From: the human T2T-CHM13v2.0 reference genome, Homo sapiens
Direction: 5' to 3' (one strand)
Assembly (NCBI RefSeq): GCF_009914755.1
Contig: NC_060938.1
DNA length: 64,000 nucleotides
Made by a program: the position numbers and the translations under genes. Below the pieces are notes generated by a model that was not told the origin of the DNA, ran no database searches, and worked only from the letters and a program-made list of their open reading frames with translations. Positions 20,758-35,890 of this stretch are shown piece after piece (within the stretch, counting starts at the first letter, position 1; every line of letters starts with the position of its first letter).

Positions 20758-21848
20758 GCCATTTATGTTATTTCTAATAACCCACTGCCCCCATTTCTTT
20801 TTTAACTTTTTTCACTTTCTAAAACTGTTAGTCTGGTTTTGACCCCTGTATTTATCTTCTGTGGCTTTCATCTTTTCTCTTTGTCTCTTTCAGTTCTACT
20901 TTCAGGAATATTTTCTCACCTACATCTTCCAACACTATTAATTACTTTTGAATTTTAAATATTTTTAATTTTAAAAAGCCCTATTGTTTTAATAGTTTCA
21001 CTTCCAATTGTTTTATGAATGCGATTTCTCCAGATATCTTTCAAACTAATTTTTTTATTCACTAGATAGCACTGTCTTATATTTTAAAGATTCTGAAAAA
21101 CACAATTTTTAACGCTTATGTAGTCCGCCATCAAAACATCAATGTACTGAAGATTTTAAGCAGCATGAGGCACCATCACGTTTTTGTTTCTTCCCCCTCA
21201 TTTCCCCGCCCCTACCAGATCTGTTTTTGATGTTTAGCCTAGAAGTAGCAAGAAGGATGAACTGAAGCAGATTAGAGATCGAGCTGGTAATCCAGATGAG
21301 AAATAATGAAAGTCTTCTCTAGGGTAATAGTGGTGAGGTAAAGGCAAAAGGATAGCTGACAGACGTTAGGAGGTGAAATGGCACAGGACTTGGTGAAAAA
21401 CTGGTTAGGAGAAGAGGAAAGAGAAAAGCCCAGGTTATCCTCAGATTTATGGTTTGGACAACAGGAAGAATAGCAATTTCTCCAAGTCGAGTCCTATTAT
21501 AAATATTTTCATTTTTGTATTTCACTTTGAGTCTCAATTTACCAAGATAACTTCCTTTCAATCAGCAAAACACCTGTTTACTACTTACTAACAATATTAA
21601 AGATGCAAATATTTACGAAACATATTTTTCTCACTTTACATAGATGCCTATCATTTCATTTGTAAAAAAGGTTAATTCTATTTACTCATTAAAATACTTA
21701 CATTTAAATACTCCAGCATAATACATTAGGTGTATTAAACATATAGATGCTCCTCAGATGAAGAATATAGTCTAATCTGGTTTTATACACAATAAAGACA
21801 ATTTAAAATGTAAAAAACTGGGCTTAAAAAATGCAGCCAACCACCTGT

Positions 21849-21854
21849 TTTATT
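21849..21854 (-). terminator. Candidate proximal poly(A) signal AATAAA for WDR89
   Basis: tttatt on the plus strand, about 315 nt downstream of the stop codon. Another copy is at 21054-21059. Confidence 0.5.
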
Positions 21855-22168
21855 AAGTTTTACCAAGTATTTCCTTCTAAAAAGTCCTTATCGGAGCTAT
21901 TTCTTTAAAGCCAACATTTACTACATTAACAGATGGGTTCTTTAAATAAGAAATTTTACTTTCAACTCACTGATTTTATACTTAGAGGCTTTAAAATTTT
22001 TTAGAATATGTGAAGACCGGAATTAAACCATTCTCACCATATTTTTCCAGGACTGTTTGCTAACTGGCTTGTTTTTACATAAAGCTTTAAACATGTCTAC
22101 CATGGGTAGTAAACAAGAAGGACTATTTGAAACTATAAAACCTACCAAACAAAGTGCCAAATGCATTA

Positions 22169-23332
22169 TCACTGCTTTTTCCTTCTTTTATAAGAATCAT
22201 TACTATGAACTCGTACTCGTTGGTGCACAGAGGATGCTATTTTCATACTCTCTTTCTTTGTAAAGGTCTTCTCTATAGCTCCAGGTTTCCAAAGTAACAA
22301 CTGTGCATCTTCTCCTCCAGTCAACAAAGAATCATCTTGCACATTCCAACAGAAAGAACGGACTGTAGCAGCATGCCCTCCCTGAAGGCTAGTCACATGG
22401 GTCAGTCCTGACATGCTGCAGTTCATCAAATGAATCCTTCCTTTGTTTGTTCCTCCAATAACATGCAATGTGTCTGTCTTTTCATGATATAGGCCACCAA
22501 TCAAATAGTCCAAAGCATCTTCTTTCATGTTAACTACTTCTCTGACATCCTGGATGTTCAAACGTGTAACTGGTTCATCAGTGTCCAGATGATTAAGATC
22601 CCACCAATAAAATCCTTCATCATGTGTCATGCAGTAAATCTGTTTATAACCTTTCCCAGACCAACCAATACAGCTTACTGATGAAATTGAGTTACAGGTT
22701 GTAACCAGTGCATCCTCCTCATTATCAATATTAATATCAAATACATTTACCAGGCCATCAGATGAACCTGAGACTACCATGTTGGGATTGCTGGGATGGA
22801 AACGTACTTGAGTGACATCATCACTATGTGTCTCTGAATATGCACCAAGTGAGTCTTTAGTTGTAGATAAATTCTGAGAATTCATCCTTGCATCCCAAAA
22901 CACCAACAATGCATCATCATCAACTTTTTCTGTACCAGCACAAATAATATGATCATTACAATTAATATCAAAACTGATAAAAATATTGGAAGGGTAACCC
23001 TTGAAGAGCTGAACAGGTTTTTCTCTGGCTACTCGAGCATCCCAGCATTTCACAGTGCCATCAGTACATGCTGAATATACACTGTCACAGGAATTTGCAA
23101 ATCTGACTCCATTAAGAAGTCCAGGATATCCACTAAATTCTCGTAGTACATTTAACCTTTCTTTATCATATATTCTGATTGATCCATTAGAACATAAAAC
23201 AGCAACCAAGTTTTCCTTTCCTGCTTGGACAGTCTTTGATGTGTCTATACCAAGAAGGTAAGTGGGCTCTTTGGTTCCTAAGGAACATTTAACAATGTGC
23301 AGATTAGCAAATTGTTCCTCAATCTTTTCCAT
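22169..23332 (-). CDS. WDR89: WD repeat-containing protein 89 (387 aa), entire CDS in one exon
   Basis: Uninterrupted ORF MEKIEEQFANLHIVKCS...YKRRKKQ with WD40-type repeats (SACTDGTVKCWD, HSDDVTQVRFHP..SGSSDGLVNVFD, GHAATVRSFCW..TGGEDAQLLLWK). ATG is at 23332-23330; the ORF-track start at 23350 is a TTG. Basic KRRKK C-terminus. Confidence 0.97.
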   Translation of the reverse strand: MEKIEEQFANLHIVKCSLGTKEPTYLLGIDTSKTVQAGKENLVAVLCSNGSIRIYDKERLNVLREFSGYPGLLNGVRFANSCDSVYSACTDGTVKCWDARVAREKPVQLFKGYPSNIFISFDINCNDHIICAGTEKVDDDALLVFWDARMNSQNLSTTKDSLGAYSETHSDDVTQVRFHPSNPNMVVSGSSDGLVNVFDINIDNEEDALVTTCNSISSVSCIGWSGKGYKQIYCMTHDEGFYWWDLNHLDTDEPVTRLNIQDVREVVNMKEDALDYLIGGLYHEKTDTLHVIGGTNKGRIHLMNCSMSGLTHVTSLQGGHAATVRSFCWNVQDDSLLTGGEDAQLLLWKPGAIEKTFTKKESMKIASSVHQRVRVHSNDSYKRRKKQ

Positions 23333-23363
23333 GTCAACAGCAGCATCCAAGGGTAGTAAAACT

Positions 23364-23400
23364 CTGTAAAAAATAATAATAATAAAAATAAAAATTAATG
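23364..23400 (-). promoter_or_regulatory. WDR89: Splice acceptor of the WDR89 terminal coding exon (exon starts at 23363, 31 nt before the ATG)
   Basis: Minus strand reads ttttattattattattttttacag|agttttactacccttggatgctgctgttgacATG: a U-rich tract followed by CAG. Confidence 0.9.
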
Positions 23401-24100
23401 CTTAACAAGGGAGACACATAAAAAAATTTAACTTGAAGTTTCTCTAAAATTGCAATTAAATCAAGAACATTTTCCTCTGAGGGCTGGCATGAATCAATCA
23501 ATCAACAGAAATGTATTCTAATACTATAATCATTTCCTTCCTATGATGTAACTAAAACTCAGTTGCCTTCTAATTCAATCACTCTTTAATACTGAATTCA
23601 CTACCAGGAGTGGTGGCTCACACCTGTAATCTCAGCACTTTGGGAGGCTGAGGTAGGAGGACTGCTTGAGGCCAGGCATTAGAGACCAGCCTGAGCAACA
23701 TGGGGAGACCCCCCCGCCGTCTCTTCAAAAAATAAATTAGCAGGGCATGGTGGCCTATGCCTGTAGTCCTAGCTACTCAGGAGGCTGAGGTAGGAGGACT
23801 GCTTGAGACCAGAAGTTGAGACTACAGTGATCCATGATCATGTCACTGTCATACAGCCTGGGGAATAAAGTGAGATCCTGCCTCAAAAAAGAAAAAAAAA
23901 ATGCTGAATTTACTATATATATTTTATGCTAGTAAGAGAATAAAAAACATGTACATACGCCACCCAGTAGTTCCTTTTAGCTCAAACCCAATTACTGGTT
24001 CTACTCAAGTCATCTTCAGGATTGGCAAGGATCTCCACTTTGGAATAATCTTCTCCTGGCCCCAGCTGCCTTACACAACTTTAGAATTTAAACATAGATA

Positions 24101-24105
24101 TGTAG

Positions 24106-24146
<41 letters not shown>

Positions 24147-24642
24147 TTTCCCAAAAATATTCATGCCTTAATCCCTGGAATCTGTGAATATGTTAGGTTA
24201 CAAAGGAAAACTGAAGTTGTACATGGAATTAAGGTTGCTTATCAGCCTAATATAAGGCTAACCTTAAAATAGGGAGATTATCCTAGATTATCTGTTATCA
24301 CCGTGGCCCAATATGGTAACAACTGTCTTCAAAAGTGGAAGAGGGAGGCAGAAGAGTCAGAGGAAGAGGTTCCCATAGAAGAAAGGCAAAGACACAGAGA
24401 GATACAATGTTGCTGGTTTTGAAGACAGAGGCTGAGAGTGGCCTCTAGAAACTAAAAAGCAAGAAAAGATTGTCCTCTAAGCCTCCAAATGGAAATGCAG
24501 CCCTGTTGACATCTTAATTTTAGCCCAGTGACATCCATTTTGGACTTCAGACCTCCAGAACCGTTAAGATAATAAACTTAATGTTATTTCAAACAACTAA
24601 GTTTGCAGTAATTTGTTATAGCAGCAATAGGAAACGAATACA
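24101..24642 (+). mobile_element. MLT1 (C/D-like) LTR with an A37 run at its 5' end
   Basis: taatccctggaatctgtgaatatgttagg...ggagattatcctagattatc...gtaatttgttatagcagcaataggaaacgaataca. Confidence 0.85.
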
Positions 24643-24859
24643 ACAGAGGTTCCCAGTATAGAATCCTGGAGAAGTCCTTCTAAGGCAGTAGCAGCTTGTG
24701 ATAGTAGAACTGGGATTTGAACCTAGGCATTCTGGCTTCAGGCTTCACGGACTGTGCTCTAAACCACCATACTAGATTGCCTCTCCAGGGTGGGCTGTAT
24801 GTAGGACAAGTTCAAGGCCAGAAAAACATGCATGCCTAGTAACACTATAATAAATTCTT

Positions 24860-25333
24860 GACACTAGAGCAGAGTACGAGTCTGAGGTGGAGGGAGTCAT
24901 GGCAGGACAAGCGTTTAAGTTTCTTCCACTCTTTGACCGAGTATTGGTTGAAAGGAGTGCTGTTGAAACTGTAACCAAAGGAGGCATTATGCTTCCAGAA
25001 AAATCTCAAGGAAAAGTATTGCAAGCAACAGTAGTCGCTGTTGGATCGGGTTCTAAAGGAAAGGGTGGAGAGATTCAACCAGTTCGTGTGAAAGTTGGAG
25101 ATAAAGTTCTTCTCCCATAACATGGAGGCACCAAAGTAGTTCTAGATGACAAGGATTATTTCCTATTTAGAGATGGTGACGTTCTTGGAAAGTACGTAAA
25201 CTGAAATAAGTCACTATTGAAATGGCATCAACATGAAGCTGCCCATTCCACCGAAGTTCTGAAATCTTTCATCATGTAAATAATTTCCATATTTCTCTTT
25301 TATAATAAACTAAATAACTAATGAAAAAAATAA
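24860..25333 (+). pseudogene. HSPE1P2: Processed pseudogene of HSPE1 (HSP10/cpn10), intronic and antisense to WDR89
   Basis: ATG 24899 MAGQAF-KFLPLFDRVLVERS..., premature TAA at 25118-25120 (from GAA), native frame continues to TGA 25202-25204. AATAAA at 25304-25309, an A-tail, and an 11-bp TSD aataaattctt at 24849-24859 / 25334-25344. The P2 number is from recall. Confidence 0.95.
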
Positions 25334-26001
25334 AATAAATTCTTCTATTGTGCTTTCTCATCAGTGAATATTCTTTCTAGCCTGTCTAACAAATTCATTT
25401 TCATTCTTAAGATGAAATGTTTTTTCTGTTGCTTTAGTGATATCTTCTTAAGCATCTGTCTTTTCATCTTTAAAAGGGGAAATGAGTACTAACTCAAGAA
25501 CTGTTAGGAGGATTAACTAATGCATGCCATGTGTTCTGCACAATGTATGGCATATCATAGTACCTACACAATAGATGTAATAGGTCAGGCATGGTGGCTC
25601 ATGCCTGTAATCCCAACACTTCTGGAGGCCGAGGCAGCGATCACTGAGGTCAGGAGTTCGAGACCAGTCTGGTCAACATGGTAAAACCCCGTCTCTACTA
25701 AAAATACAAAAATTAGTTTGGTGTTGTGGTGCACACCTGTAATCCAGCTACTCGGGAGGCTGAGGCAGGAGAACTGCTTGAGGTAGAGGTTGCAATGAGC
25801 CAAGGTCTTGCCACTGCACTCCAGCCTGAACAACAGAGTGAGATTCCTACTCAAAAAAAAAAAAAAAAAAAAAAAAAGATGGCTGGACATGGTAGCTCAC
25901 GCCTGTAATCCCAGCACTTTGGGAGGCCAAGGCGGGCAGATCACCTGAGGTCGGGAGATTGAGACCAGTCTGACCGACATGGAAAAACCCCGTCTCTATT
26001 A

Positions 26002-26160
<159 letters not shown>

Positions 26161-28184
26161 TCAAAAAAAAAAAAAAAGATGTAATATAAAAATTACCAGT
26201 ATCACCATATAAGGGAGAATTTGGATCTATCAGAGAGCTCCAAATAGCACAATTACATCAAACAGCAAAAAATATTAGTAAGTTGGATTTGGGTTTTTTA
26301 AAATTTATTTTATTTTTTTGTATTTTTAGTGGAGATGGGGTTTCACCGTGTTAGCCAGGATGGTCTCGACCTCCTGACCTCGTGATCCGCCTGCCTCGGC
26401 CTCCCAAAGTGCTGGGATTACAGGCGTGAGCCACCACGCCCAGCCTGGATTTGGGTTTAAAATAGAAATAAGCATTCCCTCCAACTTTTAATTTTCAACA
26501 TTTATTTTTACTTATTTTTCCTTTGGAGATGGCATCACAGCTCATTAATTTTCAACATTTATAAGTGCGCACACACAAAAAGTTCTAATGCACACACACA
26601 GTTCACCTTCTAGGTTCACTGTTAACTTCTTGCCACATTTGCTTTCTCTCTCTACACACACACACACACACACACCCCACTGCTTTTTAAAAATGAACCT
26701 TTTGATGAGAGTTAGCTGCAGACAAAGTATCACTCCATTCCTAAATACTTCACTATAACAGCATCTCTCCAACCTTCTGTTTTTCATGTCATGGAATTTT
26801 TTGAATATCCTATTCTTCAACAACTTTCATCCAAAGAGTTCAGGATCTATTAATTGTCCTTGCCTAAATCAATGATTATGCTAGAATCTGTAAAACAGTC
26901 CTTTTCTATCATTCTTTCTACCTTAGCAGGCATTCTTCTATAAACAAGAGCTTTTTTCCTTTCTCTGCTTCTTTGACTAGGAAATCACAATTCTTAAAAA
27001 CTGTGTATCATAATCTATCGCTTTGTTGCTTTTTGATGCTCAAAGTGTCTGGACTTGGCCATTAAGACCCTTTAAGCCAGCTTCTGAAGCCTTCTGATAG
27101 GACCCCATCAGTCTGTAAGCCCCACATGAGAAACTCCGTGGAAGCATTAGGTAGCTCTAAAAATGGTGTTCTTCCTTCAACTTAAGTATTCAGACATGAA
27201 ATGACCATTTTCCAGTAACGCTGGGGTAGTCACCTCCACAGCTGCTGAGGTAGCTAGCACAGTACAACTGTTCTGTGGTTTTCCCGCCAGACAAAATAGC
27301 CTTACCTTGAACACGTCAGGCTTGCTCCTGCCTCAGGACTGCAGCAACAGCTGTTTGCCTGGAGTATTCTTTCCCTGCATGTCTGCATGAGTGACTCCTT
27401 CCTGTTATTCAGGTCTCAGCATATGTCACCTGCCCAGAGAGAGTCTCTCCACTGCCAATCAACGTGAAAAAGCCCCTGTCATTTCCTATCACATCCTTAC
27501 CCTGTTTCACTAATTTAAAAATTAAAAATGATGGCCAGGTGCAGTGGCTCATTCTTGTAATCCCAGCATGTTGAGAAGCCAGGGCAGGCAGATTGCTTGA
27601 GCCCAGGGGTTCGAGACCAGCCTGGGCAACAAGGCTAAACCCCACCTCTACAAAAAAATGCAAAAATGAGGCAGGTGTGGTAGTGCACGCCTGTAGTCCC
27701 AGCTACTTGGGAGGACTGCTTGAGCTCGGGAGGTGGAGGTTGCAATGAGCCAAGATCATGCCACTGCACTCCAGCCAGGACAACAGGGCAAGACCCTGTC
27801 TCAAAAAAAAACTGACACAAAATTTAAAATGTTTAATTATGAAGTATTTCAAATGTACAAAGGTGTAGAAAAAAATATAAGACACCCAAACATGTACCAC
27901 CTATACTTAACAAATATTAACATTTTTTACTGTATCTGCCTCAGTTTAACAAAATGGAACATTACAGACACAAGTAAAACTTCACTCCAATAATTAAGAA
28001 TTTAGAATAATGGCACCATATTTATATGTATCTTTCTTGCAATTTGCTCTTTTCACTCAATATAATTTTTAAAAAGTCCTGTTTTAGTGGTGAACTTATT
28101 ACCTAACTCTTTCTTGCTTATTTGTTAATAAGTGGTTGCTGAATACATTAATGCCTAACTGATTCAACTTTCACACATTAAAAT

Positions 28185-28591
28185 CACCACGTAAGGACGC
28201 TGCGGTCAATGACAGACCACATTTATGATAGTTAAGATTATAATGGAGGCCAGGTGTGGTAACCCATGTGTGTGATCCCAGCACTTTGGGAGGCCAAGCC
28301 GGGCAGCCAGGCAGATCACTTTAGCCTAGGAGTTTGAAACCAGCCTGAGCAACATAAAGAAACCCCTTCTCTACACAAAAAATACAAAAATTAGCCAGGC
28401 ATGGTGGTGCACGCCTATAGTCCCATCTACTGGGGAGGCTGAGGCAGGGGAATGCTTGAGCCCGGGAGGCTGAGGCTGCAGGGAGCTGTGATTGCACCAC
28501 TGCACTTCAGCCTCGGCGACAGAGCAAGACACGTGCTGTCTGTCTCTCTCTCTCTCTCTATATATATATATACACACACACACACATATAT

Positions 28592-28636
<45 letters not shown>

Positions 28637-30095
28637 CTGGGAAAGTTCCATCATCTAATTGTGGTCCCTGCAAATTCATGGCACAATGCATTACTCATGT
28701 GTCTGTGGTGATGCGTGTATAAACAAACCTATTGCACTGCCAGTCATATAAAAGTATAGTGCATACAATTATGTACAGTACATAATACTTCATAAAGACA
28801 ATAAAGGACTATGTTACGGGTTTATGTTACTCGTTTAAAAGTCCAATACTATACTTTTTTTTTTTTTGAGACGGAGTTTCGCTTTGTCACCCAGGCTGTA
28901 ATGCAGTGGCACCATCTCAGCTCACTGCGACCTCTGCCTCCCGGGTTCAAGAAATTCTCCTGCCTCAGCCCCCGAAGCAGCTGGGATTACAGGCATATGC
29001 CACAATGCCCAGCTAATTTTTGTGTTTTTAGTAGAGACAGGGTTTCACCACGTTGGCCAGGCTGATCTCGAACTCCTGACCTCAGGTGATCCACACACCT
29101 CGGTCTCCCAAAGTGCTGGGATTACAGGCATGAGCCACCATGCCCGGCAAGACTATACTTTTAATCGTTATTTTAGAGTGGACTTTCTCTACTTATTGAA
29201 AGGAAGTTAACTGTGAACAGCCTCAGGCAAGTCCTTCAAAGCGTATTCCAGAATGCACTGTTCTCATAGAAGATGACAACTCCATGTGTTATTGCTCCTA
29301 AAAACCTTCCAGTGGGATAAGACATGGAGTAGAAGACCACAAAATTGATGATCCTGACCGTGTGTGGGCCTAGGCTAATGTGTGTGTCTTTTTTCTTCTT
29401 TTTTTTTTTGGAGGCAGGGTCTTGTTCCATCACTCAGCAAAGTAGCGCCATCATGGCTCACTGCAGCCTCAACCTCCCAGGCTCAGGCCACCACATCCAG
29501 CTAATTTTTGTATTTTTGGTAGAGACAGGGTCTCACTATTTTGACCAAGCTGGTCTCAAACTTCTGGGCTCAAGCAATCTTCTTGCCTCAGCCTCCCAAA
29601 GTGGTGAGATTACAGGCATGAGCCACTGTCCCCAGCCTGTGTCTCAATTTTTAACAAAAGAGTTTTAGAAGTAAAATTAGAAAATAATAAAATAAAAATT
29701 AAAGTAGAAATAGGCTTATGGAATAAGGATATATGAAGAAAATATTTTTGTACAGCTGTACAATGTGTTTGTGTTTTAAGCTAAGTATTATTACAAAAGA
29801 GGAAAAAAGTATCACGCCAAGTGCTCTCTACAGGTATACCATTTGTTATCATTTATACCATAATTTTATTATACCTTTTTATGTTTAGATCTACAAGTAT
29901 TTACCATTGTGTTACAACTGCTTAAAGTATTCAGTAGAGTAAAATGCTGTACAGTGTAGTGTAGGTCATACCGTACAGCTCAAGTATGTAGTAGGCTATA
30001 CTATCTAGGTTGGGTAAGTACAGTATACTCCATGATGTTCCCAGGATGAAACTGCCTAATGACCCATTTCTCATTGTTAGGCAATGAATGACTGT
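28185..30095 (+). mobile_element. Tigger3b/MER7B-type DNA transposon, interrupted by three Alus
   Basis: ggtcaatgacagaccacat...aagattataatggag start, and an end region homologous to 8640-8880 (ttgtgttacaactgc...gcctaatgacccatttctc...atgactgta). Confidence 0.8.
28543..28633. repeat. Compound (CT)n(TA)n(CA)n microsatellite replacing an Alu tail
   Basis: Direct reading. Confidence 0.95.
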
Positions 30096-30559
30096 AATCA
30101 TAACTGGAGTTCACCAAATGCTAGGCTATGTGCTCGAAACTTCTATCCAGTTTTTAAATCCTCATCATTTAACCCTATGAGGCAGATATTATTATCACTA
30201 TTTTACAAAGGAAATTGAAGCTCAGAGAGACTAATTTGCCCTTGCTCTCATAGCTACTAAGTGAACATATTGGAGGAGTCTGGTTTGAAATTCAAGTTGT
30301 AACTTCAAAACCTGTGAATCTGTGTTCATTCCAATGTTAAGCTATTGATCTTCTATGTAAGTATTAAAGTACTGCTGTCAACTTTAATCCAGGGATATGC
30401 CCATGAGGCTTTAGAGGAGGAATTACATGTAAATTCTATGTATCAGAAGAGAAAGGAAGCAGTGTATGATTGTAAAAACATGTAATAACCCAGAAAAGAG
30501 TTACAATAAGCAATCATCCTTTACTTTTAATTTTTCATGTGATCTACTTTTCTCTTTAA

Positions 30560-30789
<230 letters not shown>

Positions 30790-31110
30790 TGATCTGTCCG
30801 CCTCCGCCTCTCAAAGTGCTGGGATTACAGGCATGATAAAACTTTTTATTATGGAATGTGCATGGAGTAGAGAACAGTAACAGAAATCCCCACATGCGCA
30901 TTATCCAGCACAATTATATTCCCCAAAAGTTATCAGGGATGGAGAAGTCAGTTATACATATTTTACTGAAGGGCAATTAAGAAACCCCAGGCCAGGCATG
31001 GTGGCTCACATCTGTAATCCCAGCACTTTGGGAGGCCGAGGCAGGCAGATCACCTGAGGTCAGGAGTTCGAGACCAGCCTGACCAACATGGAGAAAACCC
31101 ATCTCTACTA

Positions 31111-31269
<159 letters not shown>

Positions 31270-31378
31270 TCAAAAAAAAAAAAAAAAGAAAAGAAAAAGG
31301 AAAGAAACCCCAGGCCGGGCGCAGCAGTGGCTCATGCCTGTAATCCCAACACTTTGGGAGGCCAAGGCGGGCAGATCA

Positions 31379-31633
<255 letters not shown>

Positions 31634-32055
31634 TTAATATAGAATTGCCTCTGGCTGGGCATGGTGACTTACACCTGTAATCCCAGTACTTTGGGAGACT
31701 GAGGCAGGAGGATCACTTGCAGCCAGGAGTTCAAGACAAGCCTGGGCAACAGAGTAAGTCTCTTTCTCAAAAAAAATAAATAAATCAATAAAAAATAAAA
31801 AAATCTGTCTAGTAAGTTTCTGTATGTTTTAATAATGTATTTATATTTTTGAATATACAACATAGTCAATGGTCCAAAATTAAAAAGGTCCCCAAACTAT
31901 CTTAGAACATCTCTGTCCTCAAGTCCCTTTCCTGTCCCAGGAGGCAATGTTACTAGTTTCTTATAAATATTAATATTTTCAGAGATTGTCAATTTGGAGT
32001 ACAGTGTAAATACTGCAGTGAAGTATCTCAACAAAAACCAGCCAGTGTGGTGCAT

Positions 32056-32056
<1 letters not shown>

Positions 32057-32088
<32 letters not shown>
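32057..32088. repeat. (CA)n microsatellite
   Basis: Direct reading. Confidence 0.95.
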
Positions 32089-32090
<2 letters not shown>

Positions 32091-32329
32091 TAGGTTTAAG
32101 AAGCAAAACCCCTAGTGCTGGCAATTTGGATGAAGACCATGCCTTCTGCCTTTAAGAAGTTGAGAAACAGAAAAGTAAACAATTACAATATAGGAAGACA
32201 GGTGGCTGGGTGCGGTGCCTCGGTGGCTCACGCCTATAATCTCAGTGCTTTGGGAGGCTGAGGTGGGAGATCACGAGGTTGGGAGATCTAGGCCATCCTG
32301 GCCAACATGGTGAAACCCCATCTCTACTA

Positions 32330-32539
<210 letters not shown>

Positions 32540-32959
32540 CTAGGACAGAGGTGATAGAAACACAAAGCAGAAGTAAGCAGAAGGTACAATGCTTGGCATA
32601 AAGAAAATATGCAACAAATATTAATTTCCTTCCTAATTTTCATTTCATTTGATTTAGTCATTTAAATTCATTTCACATTTTAAAAGCTACGATTCTTACA
32701 GCTGTTCAGAAACTTAACACAGTTTAGTTACTTTTATATTAACTATTTAAAAAAACAACATGCAACCTTCATGAACACAATATCAAATAAACAACTCTCA
32801 AATCTGAATAAACTACAGCCACACCAAATTGAGCCGGTGCTTTCTTAGATTTTATTTTTCATTTTATAATGAAAAATACACCTCTAAAGAGCATATGGCC
32901 GGGCGTGGTAGTTCACGCCTGTAATCCCAGCACTTCGGGAAGCCGAGGCGGGCGGATCA

Positions 32960-33235
<276 letters not shown>

Positions 33236-33329
33236 TCAATATGTTTCAAAAAATGACTGTGTTTCACTGCCCAAGGTTCTCAGTGAACTCTCCCAAGATT
33301 CTTATCTTGGATACCAATCAAAATGTTTA

Positions 33330-35090
<1,761 letters not shown>

Positions 35091-35112
35091 CCCAAAAAAA
35101 AATTTTTTTTAA

Positions 35113-35431
<319 letters not shown>

Positions 35432-35756
35432 TAACATATCATTGATGTTTATAGTTCTAGACAGAAAAATATTTCTGGTACTAACACACTAGGAATGTCC
35501 CAATGCTGAAAAGCCCTTCGGTCAAACTCATCTCTAGACCTGAGATGATTCTAGCAGGCCAATCAGGACTACCACCAACAATCTCTGCCCTAGTCACGTC
35601 CCTAATCTAGCTTCATAATAAACTGGAAATTATACAGCAGAGCCAACAGAATCTCTTTCCATATGCCAATATCCCCTTCCCCAAAGCAGTACTAAGGAAA
35701 GGTAAAAATAAAATTTCAAGTTTTTTTTTTTTTTTGAGACGGAATCTCCTCTGTCG

Positions 35757-35890
<134 letters not shown>

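Noticed and set aside
23333-23350. N-terminal extension MDAAVD of WDR89
   Set aside because: The ORF track starts at a TTG. The first ATG is at 23332 and gives the 387-aa protein.
23901-24272. 123-aa ORF with poly-Lys
   Set aside because: It is produced by the A37 tract and MLT1 LTR sequence.
24887-25120. 77-aa HSP10-like ORF as a gene
   Set aside because: It has a premature stop, no introns, a tail and a TSD, which mark it as a processed pseudogene.
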